Source: Phycisphaerales bacterium (GTDB taxonomy: Bacteria > Planctomycetota > Phycisphaerae > Phycisphaerales > UBA1924). Taken from it: 64,000 nt of DNA. The stretch lies in the NCBI GenBank assembly GCA_040902425.1, contig JBBDXI010000070.1, positions 259-64,258 on the forward strand, given 5' to 3'. The notes below the pieces were generated by a model that ran no database searches, was not told the DNA's origin, and saw only the letters and a program-made list of their open reading frames with translations. Positions 35,876 to 47,628 of this stretch are shown here, piece after piece. Position numbers and translations under genes: made by a program. Position 1 is the stretch's first letter; every line of letters starts with the position of its first letter.

Positions 35876-36921
35876 AGCACGCGCTCGAGCAACTCCTGCA
35901 GCGCCAAGACCTCGCCCGCGCCCAGGCCGCCGACCTGCTCGAAGCGATGGCCTCGGCAACCCATGAGCCGGCCATGGCGGGGGCCATCCTTGCGGCCCTC
36001 CGGCTCAAGGGCGAGACCCCCGAGGAAGTGGCCGGCTTCGCCGATGCCATGCGGCGACTCGCCGTCTCCCCGGCGCTGACGCGCAGCCCCGAAGAACTCG
36101 TCGACATCGTGGGCACCGGCGGCGATTCCTCGTGCAGCCACAATCTCTCTACCGGTGCCGCCCTGCTCGCCGCCTCGTGCGGTCTGCGCGTCGCCAAGCA
36201 CGGGAACCGGGCGATCTCCAGCGCCTGCGGGAGCGCGGATGTGCTTCGCGCCCTCGGGCTGCCCCTTCCGCTCACCGGCCCCGCCGTCGCCGAGTGCCTG
36301 GAGCGGACCGGCTTCACGTTCCTCTTCGCGCCCGACTACCACCCCGCGATGGCCGCCCTCGCGCCGGTGCGACGGGCGCTCGGCGTGCGCACGATCTTCA
36401 ACATGCTCGGCCCCCTGACCAACCCCGCTCGCCCCGCCTTCGGCGTCATCGGCTGCTACTCAGAGGCCGCCGCTCGGACGATGGCCGCGGCGCTCAGCGG
36501 CCTCGAGATCTCCAGATACTTCGTCATCCACGGGGCCGCGGGCTGGGACGAGCCCACGCCGGTCGGGCCCTTCCTGTTGCTGGATGCCCGGCCCGGGGCC
36601 GTGCTCGAGGGCACGCGGGACCCCGCGTCGTACTCCCTGCCGCCGTGCGCGCCGGAAGACCTGCGGGGCGGCGGGCCGGAGTTCAACGCCGCCGCGATGC
36701 GCGCCGCCCTCAGCGGCGCTCCCGGCCCTCTCGCCGATGCGCTCGTGCTGGGCGCTGCGCTGGCCCTGGAAGTGGCCGGACGCGCCGCGGGCCCGGCACA
36801 GGCGGCGCACCTCGCCCGCTCCGCCATCGCCGACGGCCGCGCAGCCGCGACCGTGGAAGCTCTTAGCGCATCCGGCAGGCAGCCCGCCGGCACGCCCGGT
36901 CAAGGGGGCCCGCGTGCCTGA
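35872..36921 (+). CDS. trpD: Anthranilate phosphoribosyltransferase
   Basis: Contains DIVGTGGD, VAKHGNRA and FNMLGPLTNP. The GTG start overlaps the trpG stop (GTGA). Confidence 0.9.
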   Translation: MKHALEQLLQRQDLARAQAADLLEAMASATHEPAMAGAILAALRLKGETPEEVAGFADAMRRLAVSPALTRSPEELVDIVGTGGDSSCSHNLSTGAALLAASCGLRVAKHGNRAISSACGSADVLRALGLPLPLTGPAVAECLERTGFTFLFAPDYHPAMAALAPVRRALGVRTIFNMLGPLTNPARPAFGVIGCYSEAAARTMAAALSGLEISRYFVIHGAAGWDEPTPVGPFLLLDARPGAVLEGTRDPASYSLPPCAPEDLRGGGPEFNAAAMRAALSGAPGPLADALVLGAALALEVAGRAAGPAQAAHLARSAIADGRAAATVEALSASGRQPAGTPGQGGPRA

Positions 36922-37726
36922 CTTCCTCTCGCACATGGCCGAACTCAGCGCCGACCGGGAAGCGCAGGCCCGCGCTGCGGCGCCGGAGCACGCCCTCCGG
37001 CGATCCATCCGCGACCTGCCGCCCGCCCGCGCGCTCCCCGCAGCGCCGTTTCTCCTCATCGCCGAGCTCAAGAACGCATCGCCCTCGGAAGGCGACCTCG
37101 CGGGCGCCGGCCCCCCGATCACTGAGCGCGCCGCGGCCTACGCCCGGGGCGGCGCCGGCGTCATCTCCGTCCTCACCGAGCCTTCGCGCTTCGGGGGCTC
37201 GCTGGACGACCTGCGCGAGGTCTCGGCCGCCGTGCCCGTGCCGACCATGCGGAAGGACTTCCTGATCGGCCCCTACCAGGTCGTGGAGGCGAGGGCGACG
37301 GGCGCCTCGGGCGTGCTGCTGATCGTGAAGATGCTCACCGACGACAAGTTGCTCGAAATGCTCTCCGTTGCCGCCGAGCTGGCGATGTTCGGGCTCGTCG
37401 AGTGCTTCGACCGCGACGACCTCGGCCGCTGCGGGGCGATCCTCCCCCGGCCGCCGTCGAACATCCTCCTGGGCCTGAACACCCGCGACCTGCGCGACCT
37501 CACCGTGCGCCCGGAGCGCCTGGAGGACCTCGCCGGCGCCTTCCCGGGTGGCTTCCCACGGATCGCCGAGAGCGGGATGGAGTCAGCGGCCGATGTGCGA
37601 CGGGCGGCCCGGCTCGGATACGGCGGCGCGCTCGTGGGCACCGCGCTCATGCGCGCCCCCGACCCCGAAACGCTCTGCCGCGACATGCTCCGCGAGGCCC
37701 GCTCGTGCGTCGGAGCCCCGCCATGA
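36914..37726 (+). CDS. trpC: Indole-3-glycerol-phosphate synthase
   Basis: Contains IAELKNASPSEG, ISVLTE, RKDFLI and LLGLNTRDL. GTG 36914 overlaps the trpD end by 8 nt. Confidence 0.88.
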   Translation: MPDFLSHMAELSADREAQARAAAPEHALRRSIRDLPPARALPAAPFLLIAELKNASPSEGDLAGAGPPITERAAAYARGGAGVISVLTEPSRFGGSLDDLREVSAAVPVPTMRKDFLIGPYQVVEARATGASGVLLIVKMLTDDKLLEMLSVAAELAMFGLVECFDRDDLGRCGAILPRPPSNILLGLNTRDLRDLTVRPERLEDLAGAFPGGFPRIAESGMESAADVRRAARLGYGGALVGTALMRAPDPETLCRDMLREARSCVGAPP

Positions 37727-38366
37727 CCTTCGAGATCAAGATCTGCGGTATCACCACGCCCGCGGCCCTCCGGAGCGCCGCCGAGGCCGGCGCCACCGCC
37801 ATCGGGCTCGTCTTCGCGGACTCCGTTCGCCGGGTCGATGTTCAGACCGCCGCGAGGCTCGCGGGTGCGGCGCCCCTGGGGCTGACCCGGGTCGCTGTCT
37901 TCCGTCACCCCGTATCCGAACTGGTCCGCCGCGTCCTCGGCGAAGTCAGGATCGACCGCGTCCAGTCCGATGCGGACGACCTGGAATCCATCCGATCTGT
38001 TCTCGGCGCAACACCGTTTATGCCCGTCTACCGCGACGGCCCGGATCTAGCGGCCCTCGTCGACGCCCGCGCTGCCAGGGCGCAAACCCCCGGCCGCATC
38101 CTCATCGAGGGCCCCCGCAGCGGCTCCGGCCTGACGCCGGACTGGACCCGGATCGCCGCGATCCGCTCCGTGCCCGTGGTGCTGGCCGGCGGATTGACAC
38201 CGGACAACGTCGCCGCCGCGATCCGCGCCGTCCGCCCCGTCGGCGTCGATGTCAGCAGCGGCGTCGAGTCGGCCCCCGGCGTCAAGGACCCAACCCGGAT
38301 CCACGCCTTCGTGCACGCAGCCAGGGCGGCATTCGCCCAGCAGAACCAGCCCCACGGGAGCCACCC

Positions 38367-38370
<4 letters not shown>
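37723..38370 (+). CDS. trpF: Phosphoribosylanthranilate isomerase
   Basis: Contains IKICGITT, VLAGGLTPDNV and GVDVSSGVE. ATGA overlap with trpC. Confidence 0.88.
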
Positions 38371-39631
<1,261 letters not shown>

Positions 39632-39635
<4 letters not shown>

Positions 39636-40414
39636 CCATCCCCGGAGCGGCCCTCTCCCGCTCGATCCGCGCCCAGCGCGAGGCGCTCCGCGGGCCGGCG
39701 CTGATCCCCTATCTCACCGCCGGCTTCCCCAGCCCCGGCGCCTTCCGCGCCGCCCTGGACGCCATCGCCCCGCACGCCGCCGCCATCGAGATCGGCGTCC
39801 CCTTCACCGACCCGATGGCCGACGGCGTCACGCTCCAGCGGACCAGCCGCGCTGCCCTCGAGCAGGGCGTGACCCTGCGCTGGGTGCTCGACGAGGTCGG
39901 CGCCGCGAGTTCCCGCATCGCCGCCCCCATCGCGCTCATGGGCTACCTGAACCCCTTCCTGCGCTTCGGCCTGGCGGACCTCGCCGCCGCGTGCTCTCAG
40001 TCCGGCGTGCACGCCCTGATCGTCCCCGACCTCCCCCTCGAGGAAGCCGCGGCCGTCCGCGCCGCCCTGCACGAGCGGGGCGTCGGCCTCGTGCAGCTTG
40101 TCTCGCCCGTGACCGACCCATCCCGCGCGGCCCGCATCGCCGCGGCGACTGACGGCTTTCTCTACGCGGTCACCGCCACGGGTGTGACGGGCGGGTCGGC
40201 CCCCGGCGCGCCGGCGCTCGACTATCTCCGGAGGGTCCGCGGCCTCTCGGCGGCGCCGGTCTGCGCCGGGTTCGGGGTCCGCAGCGCAGCGGATGTCGCA
40301 GCGCTCGGCGCGGAAGCGGACGGAGTGATCGTCGGCTCCGCCCTCGCGGAGGCCATCGAGCGCGGGGCCGATCCCGGGGAGTGGCTGGCCCATCTCCGGG
40401 CCAGTCCGGCCTGA
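39632..40414 (+). CDS. trpA: Tryptophan synthase alpha chain
   Basis: Contains LIPYLTAGFP, IEIGVPFTDPMADG and GFGV...GVIVGSA. ATGA overlap with trpB. Confidence 0.92.
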
Positions 40415-40562
40415 TGTCGCGCGTGCGACGCATCGTCTTACGACGCCCCGTGGCACGGCACCGGCCCGCCCGACGGGGTCCGCGTCACCATGGACGACAT
40501 GGCCGAGGGCTACGCGAAGGCCGTCGCTCGGCGGCTCTGGGCTTCTGCGACCCGCCGCCGGC

Positions 40563-41630
40563 TCAGGGCCCGGCCCCCGACGCCAGCCACAGGTAGTACG
40601 CGCCCGCCGATTCCAGGCCACCCTGCGCGCCGAGCGACTCGGCGCGGATCTGGATGAAGTTGATCTCGGTGCTCCCCGGCGCCGCGGCCGCCGCGGTGGG
40701 GGCGTAGGCGGAACGGGGGATGTCGGCATCCTGGCGGTAGTACTTGACGAGGCGGGCGCCTTTGAGGCCGGCGAGCTCCTTGGCAACACCGAAGGACTCG
40801 TGCACGCCGCCCACCGCATCGACGAGGCCGGCGTCCATCGCCTGGCGGCCGGTGAAGATGCGCCCGTCGGTGAGCTGGTTGAGTCGGGATTCGGGGATCG
40901 CGCCGCCCGGCGCTGCGCCCGAGGCGCGGGCGAGGGCGTCGGCGCGCCGGGCGACGACGAGCTGGCGGAAGGCGAGGTGGAACTCGTCCACCATCGCCTG
41001 CAGCAGGGCGTAGTGGCCCTCGCGCGGGCGCTCCAGCGGGTTGGCCACATCCTTGTTCTCGCCGCTGACCAGGGCCCGAGAGCGGATGCCGATCCGCTCC
41101 AGCCCCTCGGAGATGTTGAGCGTGGGGATGATCACGCCGATCGAGCCGGTGATCGAGCTCGGCTCGGCGACGATGCGGTCGCCGGCGAGGGCGAGGTAGT
41201 AGCCGCCGCTGGCCGCGACCTCGCCGAGGGAGGCGACCACCGGCTTGCCGCTCTCATCCGCGAAGCGGCGGACCTCGCGGTAGACCATGTCGCTGGCCGT
41301 GACCGTGCCGCCGGGGGAGTTGATGCGGAGGATGACCGCCCGGATGTCCCGGTCGTCCCGCGCCTTGCGGAGGCGCGCGGTCAGCTCATCGACCGGGTTG
41401 TAGCCGGGGCCCAGGAGCGGGCTGGGGGATCGGTCGGCGATCAGGCCCCGGATGTCAATCAGCACGATCTTGCCCGCCGGCGCCTTGTCGCGGTCCACCT
41501 CGACCTCCATCAGGCGGGCCTTGTCGGCGAAGAGAGTCGCGGAGATGGTGACGGGGGCGCAGGCCGCGAGCAGCGTGGCCGCCGCGAGCACCGCGAGCAG
41601 GGAAAGAGCCGGACGGGCGGGTGGTCTCAT
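40563..41630 (-). CDS. sppA: Signal peptide peptidase SppA (36K type), lipoprotein-like N-terminus
   Basis: Contains LLAACAP, RINSPGGTV and AASGGYY of the S49 family. Confidence 0.85.
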   Translation of the reverse strand: MRPPARPALSLLAVLAAATLLAACAPVTISATLFADKARLMEVEVDRDKAPAGKIVLIDIRGLIADRSPSPLLGPGYNPVDELTARLRKARDDRDIRAVILRINSPGGTVTASDMVYREVRRFADESGKPVVASLGEVAASGGYYLALAGDRIVAEPSSITGSIGVIIPTLNISEGLERIGIRSRALVSGENKDVANPLERPREGHYALLQAMVDEFHLAFRQLVVARRADALARASGAAPGGAIPESRLNQLTDGRIFTGRQAMDAGLVDAVGGVHESFGVAKELAGLKGARLVKYYRQDADIPRSAYAPTAAAAAPGSTEINFIQIRAESLGAQGGLESAGAYYLWLASGAGP

Positions 41631-41667
41631 GCGCGCAGTCTACGGCCCGGGCCGGTACCGTTGCGCT

Positions 41668-42624
41668 GTGGACCGGCCGGCGCACATCCCGGTGCTTCTG
41701 GAGGAGATGCTGCGGGCGCTCGGCCCGCGCCCGGGGGAGACGTTCCTCGACGGCACCGCGGGCCTGGGGGGGCACGCCCTCGCCGTTGCGCAGAGGCTCG
41801 GGCCCGCGGGCACGGTGGTGCTCAACGATGCGGACCCGGGGAACCTCCGGCTCGCGGAGGAGCGGCTCCGGGCCGGGGTCTCGCCGGCGCCGCAATTCGT
41901 CGCCATCCAGGGCAACTTCGCCGATGCGCCGCGCCGGCTGGCGCAGCAGGGCCTTGCGGCGGACATGGTGCTGGCCGACCTGGGGTTCTCCTCGGCCCAG
42001 ATGGAGGACGCTGCGCGGGGGCTCTCGTTCCAGCGCGACGGCCCCCTGGACATGCGATTCGACCCCGGCTCGCCGGTCACCGCGGCGGAGCTGGTGGGCT
42101 CACTCCCAGAGGCCGAACTGACGCGCATCATCCGCGACCTGGGCGAGGAGCCCGCGGCCCGGCGCATCGCCCAAAAACTTGTCGCGTCCCGGAAGCTCGC
42201 GCCGATACTCACGACCGGACAGCTTGCGGACATCATCCGCTCGGCGGTCGGAAGGAGGCACGGGCGCGGGCGCGAGATCGACCCGGCAACCAAGACGTTC
42301 CAGGCCCTGCGCATCGCCGTGAACGATGAGCTGGGCAGCCTGGGGGCGCTCCTGGCGGCGGTCGAGCGCAGCGCGGCGGAGGTCGCGGCGGGCCGGCCGT
42401 CGTGGCTCCGTCCGGGGGCCCGGATCGCGATCATCTCCTTCCACTCGCTGGAGGACCGGCCCGTCAAGCGTTCCTTCGCCGGCCTGGCGCGGGAGGGCCT
42501 CGCGCAGAACCTGACCGGCAAGCCGATTGCGGCGGACGAGGAAGAACTGTCCGCCAACCCCCGGGCCCGCTCCGCGAAACTGCGGGCGATCCGGGTGGGT
42601 GGGGCGGGGGAAGTGGGGGGGTGA
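41668..42624 (+). CDS. rsmH: 16S rRNA (cytosine1402-N4)-methyltransferase
   Basis: Contains HIPVLLEE, DGTAGLGGH, DLGFSS, LDMR and SFHSLEDR. An alternative ATG at 41629 would overlap the sppA start. Confidence 0.9.
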   Translation: MDRPAHIPVLLEEMLRALGPRPGETFLDGTAGLGGHALAVAQRLGPAGTVVLNDADPGNLRLAEERLRAGVSPAPQFVAIQGNFADAPRRLAQQGLAADMVLADLGFSSAQMEDAARGLSFQRDGPLDMRFDPGSPVTAAELVGSLPEAELTRIIRDLGEEPAARRIAQKLVASRKLAPILTTGQLADIIRSAVGRRHGRGREIDPATKTFQALRIAVNDELGSLGALLAAVERSAAEVAAGRPSWLRPGARIAIISFHSLEDRPVKRSFAGLAREGLAQNLTGKPIAADEEELSANPRARSAKLRAIRVGGAGEVGG

Positions 42625-42752
42625 GCGCTGCGCGGCCGGAAGGCCCCGCCGCGGATTCGCAAGGGCGCCCGCCACGGATCGGCGGGCCTCCGAAGCGCGC
42701 GGGACCCCGGCCGGGACAGGGCCGGCCCGTGCACCGGCAAGGATGCTCCACC

Positions 42753-43685
42753 GTGACGCGTGAACACAAGCTCGCCCTGATCGTCGGCTTCTCGCTGGTC
42801 CTCCTCGTCGGCGTGCTCATCAGCGACCACCTCTCACGGGCGAGGCAGGCCAAAGTGGCGCCCATGCAGCCGGCGGAGATGCAGGCGGCCCGGACGGACA
42901 TCGTGGACCCCCTGCGGCAGGATGTGGACGGCGGGCGCCTCCGGGAGCCGGCGCCGATCCAGATCACCCAGGAGCCGCCGCCGCCTCTGCCGCCTTCGCC
43001 CTCCGGGCCATCCCCATCGCCGACCGTGGCATCGCTTCAGCCCCCGCTGCCACGGGGCGAGGCGGGGCTCGACGCCATCGAGGCCGCGATCCTGAGCGCC
43101 AACGGGACGATCGCGGAGGGGCGCGACGGCATCGCGGAGTTCACGCTTCCGCCCGCGGCCGGCACACGGGTGACGGCGACGACGACGGTCGGCGGCGTGC
43201 CCGCGGGCGGACCGACCTCGCCCCTGCCGGCCGATGTGAAGCTCTACACGGTCCAGCGGGGCGACACCCTGTCGAAGATCGCGGAGCGGACCTACGGCAC
43301 CAGCCGGGTCTGGCGGGAACTGGCGAAGCTCAACAACCTCCCGGACGGCACGGTGCTGCTGGGCGCGCAGATCCAGCTTCCCAGCCGCGAGGTCCTGACC
43401 GGCAAGCCGGCCCCGGCCGCCGGCGCCGGGCACGTCGCCACGATCGCTGCGAGGCCACCCCAGGCAGCGCCCAGCACACCCAGGCCGGCCGTCCGCCCTG
43501 CCCCGGTCCGGCGCGAGGTCCGCTACGCGACGTACACGGTGCGGAACGGCGACACGCTGGGGCACATCGCACAGCGGGTCCTCGGCAGCTCGCGCCGGAC
43601 CGGCGAGATCGTGGACCTCAACGGCCTGGAGGATGAGGACGCCATCACCGCGGGGACCGTCCTGAAAGTGCCCGCCAAGGGCTGA
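42753..43685 (+). CDS. Membrane-anchored protein with two LysM domains and a Pro-rich linker
   Basis: It has an N-terminal TM segment (LALIVGFSLVLLVGVLI). The two LysM units are YTVQRGDTLSKIAERTYG... and YTVRNGDTLGHIAQRVLG.... Start is GTG 42753 or 42729. Confidence 0.7.
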   Translation: MTREHKLALIVGFSLVLLVGVLISDHLSRARQAKVAPMQPAEMQAARTDIVDPLRQDVDGGRLREPAPIQITQEPPPPLPPSPSGPSPSPTVASLQPPLPRGEAGLDAIEAAILSANGTIAEGRDGIAEFTLPPAAGTRVTATTTVGGVPAGGPTSPLPADVKLYTVQRGDTLSKIAERTYGTSRVWRELAKLNNLPDGTVLLGAQIQLPSREVLTGKPAPAAGAGHVATIAARPPQAAPSTPRPAVRPAPVRREVRYATYTVRNGDTLGHIAQRVLGSSRRTGEIVDLNGLEDEDAITAGTVLKVPAKG

Positions 43686-43712
43686 GCCGGACCACTCTCC
43701 CCGGGGCAGGCC

Positions 43713-44021
43713 ATGTTCGCGAAGATCGCGGTGCTCATCGTCAGCGCGGCCCTCACCGCCGGTGCCCTGCTCGCGTCGCGCCAGATGCGCACGCAGGCGG
43801 CCCACGAGTTGGCGCAGTCGCGCCTGCGGGTGATGCGGCTGGACAACGACCGCTCGAAGCTGCGGGCGGAGATCGCGGCGAGGCTCACGCCCCAGCACAT
43901 CCAGGAGATGGCGTCGCGACTGACACCCCTGAAGCCCGTGGCGGGGGAGTTCCCCTCGCCGCTGCCGGCGCCGCCCTCGTACGCCGCGGCTCCGGCCCCC
44001 CCGGGGGGCGCGCCGCGATGA
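43713..44021 (+). CDS. FtsL-like small bitopic cell-division protein (positional assignment)
   Basis: 102 aa with one N-terminal TM helix followed by a coiled-coil-like segment. Its stop overlaps the start of the downstream PBP gene (ATGA). Confidence 0.5.
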   Translation: MFAKIAVLIVSAALTAGALLASRQMRTQAAHELAQSRLRVMRLDNDRSKLRAEIAARLTPQHIQEMASRLTPLKPVAGEFPSPLPAPPSYAAAPAPPGGAPR

Positions 44022-46093
44022 ACGCCGCGCGCGTCAAGCCCCGCGTGAGCCCGCGCGCCGATCGGGTCGCCCGCTGGACCGTCGGGGGGATGACCTGCAT
44101 CCTGGTGCTCCTGCTCGCCCGCGTCGTCCAGCTGCAGCTGAGCCCGGGCGAGCGGCTGCGCGGGCAGACGCAGGCACGGCTGACTCGGGCCGCGATCCCC
44201 GCCCCGCGCGGCGAGCTGACCGACCGCCTCGGCCGCCCCGTGGCCACGACCGAGCACGGCTACCGGGTCTTCGTGGACCCCGTGGAGCTGGCCTCGCCGG
44301 ATGAGGCGATCCCGCGCCTGGCCGAGGCGCTCGGCCGCCCGGTCGATGAGCTGGGCGCCCGCATTCTCTGGGCGCTCGCCGAGAACCAGCGGCGCGCGGG
44401 TCCCGACGCGGCGGCGGCGGCTCCCGCGAAAGCCGATCCGGGCGTCGGCGACATGCTGTCGCGGATCGTCCTGGCCGCGTTCCCCGAGCCGCCGCCCCCG
44501 GACCTGCGCCTGAGCCCGGAGGACCCGGCCGAGGCCCTGCCCGCCAGCGGCCCGCTCCGCTACCTCCGGGTCTCCGGCATCCTCGATGAGGTTACCGTTG
44601 ACGCCGTCCGCCGCCTGGGGCTCAAAGGCGTGCACCTGGAGGAGCGGGTCGTCCGCCAGTACCCCGCGCTCGACCTGGGCGCCTCGATCATCGGGAAGGT
44701 GGACATCGAGAACCGGGGCGCGGTCGGTTCCGAGCGGGCGCACGACGCGGACCTGACCGGCGCCGGCGGGCGCATCTTTTACGTCCGCGACGCCCGCGGT
44801 CGGCCGCTGTGGATCAGCCCGGGGGCGTACGAGCCGGCGCAGAGCGGGCGCGACGTGCGGCTGTCGATCGATCTGGAACTGCAGCGCATCGCCACCGAGG
44901 AGCTGCGCCGCGGCATCCACGACGCCGATGCCGCGGGCGGACGCGCCGTGCTGATGGACCCCCGGACCGGCGAGGTCCTGGCGATGGTGGACCTGGTGCG
45001 GCCCGTCCCGGATGCCGTCCCGTTCCCGTGGGCCGACGCCGCACCCGGCGCGGCCGCGCCCGCCAGCGCCGGCGCCCGCCAGCGCTACATCACGCTTACG
45101 GCCGACCCCGGGCGCCTCGTGCACCCGGCGCTCGCGCGCAACCGGTGCGTGGAGGATGTGTACGAGCCGGGCTCGACGTTCAAGCCGTTTGTCTGGGCGA
45201 CGATCACCGAGCTCGGCCTGGCCCGTCTGGATGAGCCCTTCAACACCGAGAACGGCCAATGGCGGGCGTACGGGAGCAGGTCCATCCGCGACGTCGTCCG
45301 CCGCCCGACCATGACCTGGACCGAGGTTCTCGTCAACTCCTCGAACATCGGCATGGCCAAAGCCGGCGAGCGGCTCTCGTTCGACCAGCTCCACGGCGCG
45401 GTCCGGCGGTTCGGCTTCGGCAGCCGGACGTCGCTGGCTCTCCCCGGCGAGACGGCGGGGCTGGTGACGCCGCGGAAGCAGTGGTCGAAGTACACGCAGA
45501 CCTCGGTGTGCTTCGGGCACGAGATCGCGGTGACGCCGGTGCAGATGGCGCGGGCGTTCTGCGTCTTCGCGCGATCGGGGGACCTGGCGGGCACGCTGCC
45601 GGAGGCCCGGCTGACCGCCGTGACCGATCACCCGCCCCCCATGCTCAACCGCGTCCTGCGGGGTGATGTCGCCCTGCGGACCCGGGCGATCCTCCAGGAG
45701 ATCGCCGCGGCCATGGAGGCCCGGATGGCCGCGAACAAGGGCACGCCCGAGACCGGGTGGCGCTACGGCCTGTTCGGCAAGTCCGGGACGGCGGAGATCC
45801 CGCTGGGCAAGGCCCCGAAGGGCAAGCGCCGGCCGCCCGGGAACAAGGGGTACTTCGAGCACCAGTACAACGCCAGCTTCATCGGCGGCGCCCCGATCGA
45901 CGACCCGCGGCTGGTCGTGCTGGTGGTGATCGACGACCCCGGCCCCGAGCGGGTGCGCAACGGGACCTACTACGGCAGCCACGTGGCCGGGCCGGTGGTC
46001 CGGCGGATCACGGAGCGGAGCCTGTTCTACCTCGGCGTGCCGCCGGCCCCCGCACTGGCGCGGGCGAACATGGCCCGCGCCGCCGCCGAGTGA
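44018..46093 (+). CDS. ftsI: Penicillin-binding protein, class B transpeptidase (FtsI/PBP2-like)
   Basis: Contains the STFK (GSTFKPF), SSN (VNSSNIG) and KSGT (GKSGTAE) motifs, plus an N-terminal membrane anchor. Confidence 0.88.
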   Translation: MNAARVKPRVSPRADRVARWTVGGMTCILVLLLARVVQLQLSPGERLRGQTQARLTRAAIPAPRGELTDRLGRPVATTEHGYRVFVDPVELASPDEAIPRLAEALGRPVDELGARILWALAENQRRAGPDAAAAAPAKADPGVGDMLSRIVLAAFPEPPPPDLRLSPEDPAEALPASGPLRYLRVSGILDEVTVDAVRRLGLKGVHLEERVVRQYPALDLGASIIGKVDIENRGAVGSERAHDADLTGAGGRIFYVRDARGRPLWISPGAYEPAQSGRDVRLSIDLELQRIATEELRRGIHDADAAGGRAVLMDPRTGEVLAMVDLVRPVPDAVPFPWADAAPGAAAPASAGARQRYITLTADPGRLVHPALARNRCVEDVYEPGSTFKPFVWATITELGLARLDEPFNTENGQWRAYGSRSIRDVVRRPTMTWTEVLVNSSNIGMAKAGERLSFDQLHGAVRRFGFGSRTSLALPGETAGLVTPRKQWSKYTQTSVCFGHEIAVTPVQMARAFCVFARSGDLAGTLPEARLTAVTDHPPPMLNRVLRGDVALRTRAILQEIAAAMEARMAANKGTPETGWRYGLFGKSGTAEIPLGKAPKGKRRPPGNKGYFEHQYNASFIGGAPIDDPRLVVLVVIDDPGPERVRNGTYYGSHVAGPVVRRITERSLFYLGVPPAPALARANMARAAAE

Positions 46094-46173
46094 ACGCCGC
46101 GCCCGGGCGTGCGGCAGCGCGGCGTACCCTAGTCGTCCGGGCCCGTCGCCCGACCGCGGGCGCGAGACCTTCC

Positions 46174-46773
46174 ATGAGCCAGGACTGGATCACCATCGTC
46201 TCGGGCCTGCCGCGCTCCGGCACCTCGATGATGATGCGGATGGTCGTCGCCGCGGGCACCCCGGTCCTCACTGACGCCCTCCGACCCGCCGACGAGGACA
46301 ACCCCCATGGCTACTTCGAGTTCGAGCCCGTCAAGCGCACGAGGCAGGACCCCTCCTGGCTCGACCAGGCCCGCGGCCGCGTCGTCAAGATGGTCCACCT
46401 CCTCCTTCTCGACCTCCCGCATGGGCACGACTACCGGGTGATCATGATGCACCGCGACCTCGACGAGGTGATCGCCTCGCAGGCGAAGATGCTCGCCCGA
46501 TTCGGCCGCGCCGGCGCCCCGGCCGAGATGTTGAGGAGGGTGTACACAGCGCAGCTCCAGCAGGTGAAAGCGCGGCTGGCGACGCACCCTCGGCTGGAGT
46601 CGATCGAGGTCGGGTACAGCGAGGTGCTCCGCGACCCCGCGGGCCAGTCGGCGCGGGTCGCGGGTTTCCTAGGCGTGGCGGGCGGGGCTGCGGCAATGGC
46701 CGGCGCTGTGGACCGGTCGCTCTACCGCAACCGGATCGCCACGGTCCGGGAACCGAGGATTTCTGACCAATAA
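46174..46773 (+). CDS. Sulfotransferase-family protein
   Basis: 199 aa with a PAPS-binding-like P-loop GLPRSGTSMM near the N-terminus. The upstream part of the track ORF lies inside ftsI. Confidence 0.6.
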   Translation: MSQDWITIVSGLPRSGTSMMMRMVVAAGTPVLTDALRPADEDNPHGYFEFEPVKRTRQDPSWLDQARGRVVKMVHLLLLDLPHGHDYRVIMMHRDLDEVIASQAKMLARFGRAGAPAEMLRRVYTAQLQQVKARLATHPRLESIEVGYSEVLRDPAGQSARVAGFLGVAGGAAAMAGAVDRSLYRNRIATVREPRISDQ

Positions 46774-46884
46774 CAGTGGAAAACCGTGGTTTTAGTATGG
46801 CGTCAGGGTTGCCGCCGACCCGGATTCCTGTATCTTCTCGCCGGCAGAATCCGTTCATTTCGTTCCATAGAGGGAGAGCTATTC

Positions 46885-47604
46885 ATGAGCGACGTTCGTT
46901 TCCCGCAGGCTGGCCTCGCCGGCGCGTTGGCCCTCGCCGCAGGCTCCACCGCCTACGGCGCCATCATCGTCGTCTCCCCCCCGGCGGACGTGCCCAACGC
47001 GGCCTCGCCCGCCTCGAACCCCGCCGCCGGGTTCATCAACTGGGATGTTGACGGCGACGCGGTCAGCGACTTCCGCCTCCAGTTCCGCAACCCTCAGTCC
47101 ACCGGAACGTTCGGGGTGGTCTGGCAGGCGAACTTCAGCCCGTTCACCGCGGGCGGGACGAACGCGGTCGTGGGCTACATGGGCCCGTTCGTCAACTACG
47201 GCGCCAAGCTCAACGCCGGCGACCTGATCGGCCCGACGGCGCCCGGGGCCGGCAACTCGTGGCGTAACCCGGCCCAGGTGGTGCTCGGCTCGTTCTACCG
47301 GTCGGGCGGCGTGCCCAGCCCGTACGGCGGCTTCTCCACCGGGACAGTTCCCTCGGCGAGCATCGTCCGCGGGTTTGTCGGCTTCAGGTTCACCATCGGC
47401 GGCAACACCCGCTATGGCTGGCTGGATGTCGAGGTCCGTGGTGCGGACACCACCGCCGGGTCCGGCGGTATGTACTTCTTCGGCGCCGCCTACGAGGACA
47501 CGGGCGACCCGATCCCGGCCGGCGCGGTCCCCGCTCCGGGCTCCCTCGCGGCCCTCGCGCTCGGCGCCGCCGCCTGCGCCCGCCGCTCCCGCCGCTCCGC
47601 CTGA
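46885..47604 (+). CDS. Secreted protein with a PEP-CTERM-like C-terminal sorting signal
   Basis: It has a signal peptide, and the C-terminus is VPAPGSLAALALGAAACARRSRRSA. An SD-like AGGGAGAG sequence lies 6 nt upstream of ATG 46885. Confidence 0.7.
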   Translation: MSDVRFPQAGLAGALALAAGSTAYGAIIVVSPPADVPNAASPASNPAAGFINWDVDGDAVSDFRLQFRNPQSTGTFGVVWQANFSPFTAGGTNAVVGYMGPFVNYGAKLNAGDLIGPTAPGAGNSWRNPAQVVLGSFYRSGGVPSPYGGFSTGTVPSASIVRGFVGFRFTIGGNTRYGWLDVEVRGADTTAGSGGMYFFGAAYEDTGDPIPAGAVPAPGSLAALALGAAACARRSRRSA

Positions 47605-47628
47605 TCCTGCTCTCTCATCGCGATCCGT

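Noticed and set aside
46763-46798. AT-richer stretch with TAGTAT upstream of the PEP-CTERM gene, as a possible sigma-70 promoter
   Set aside because: A -10-like hexamer is present, but I could not find a -35 element at acceptable spacing. The evidence is too weak to annotate.
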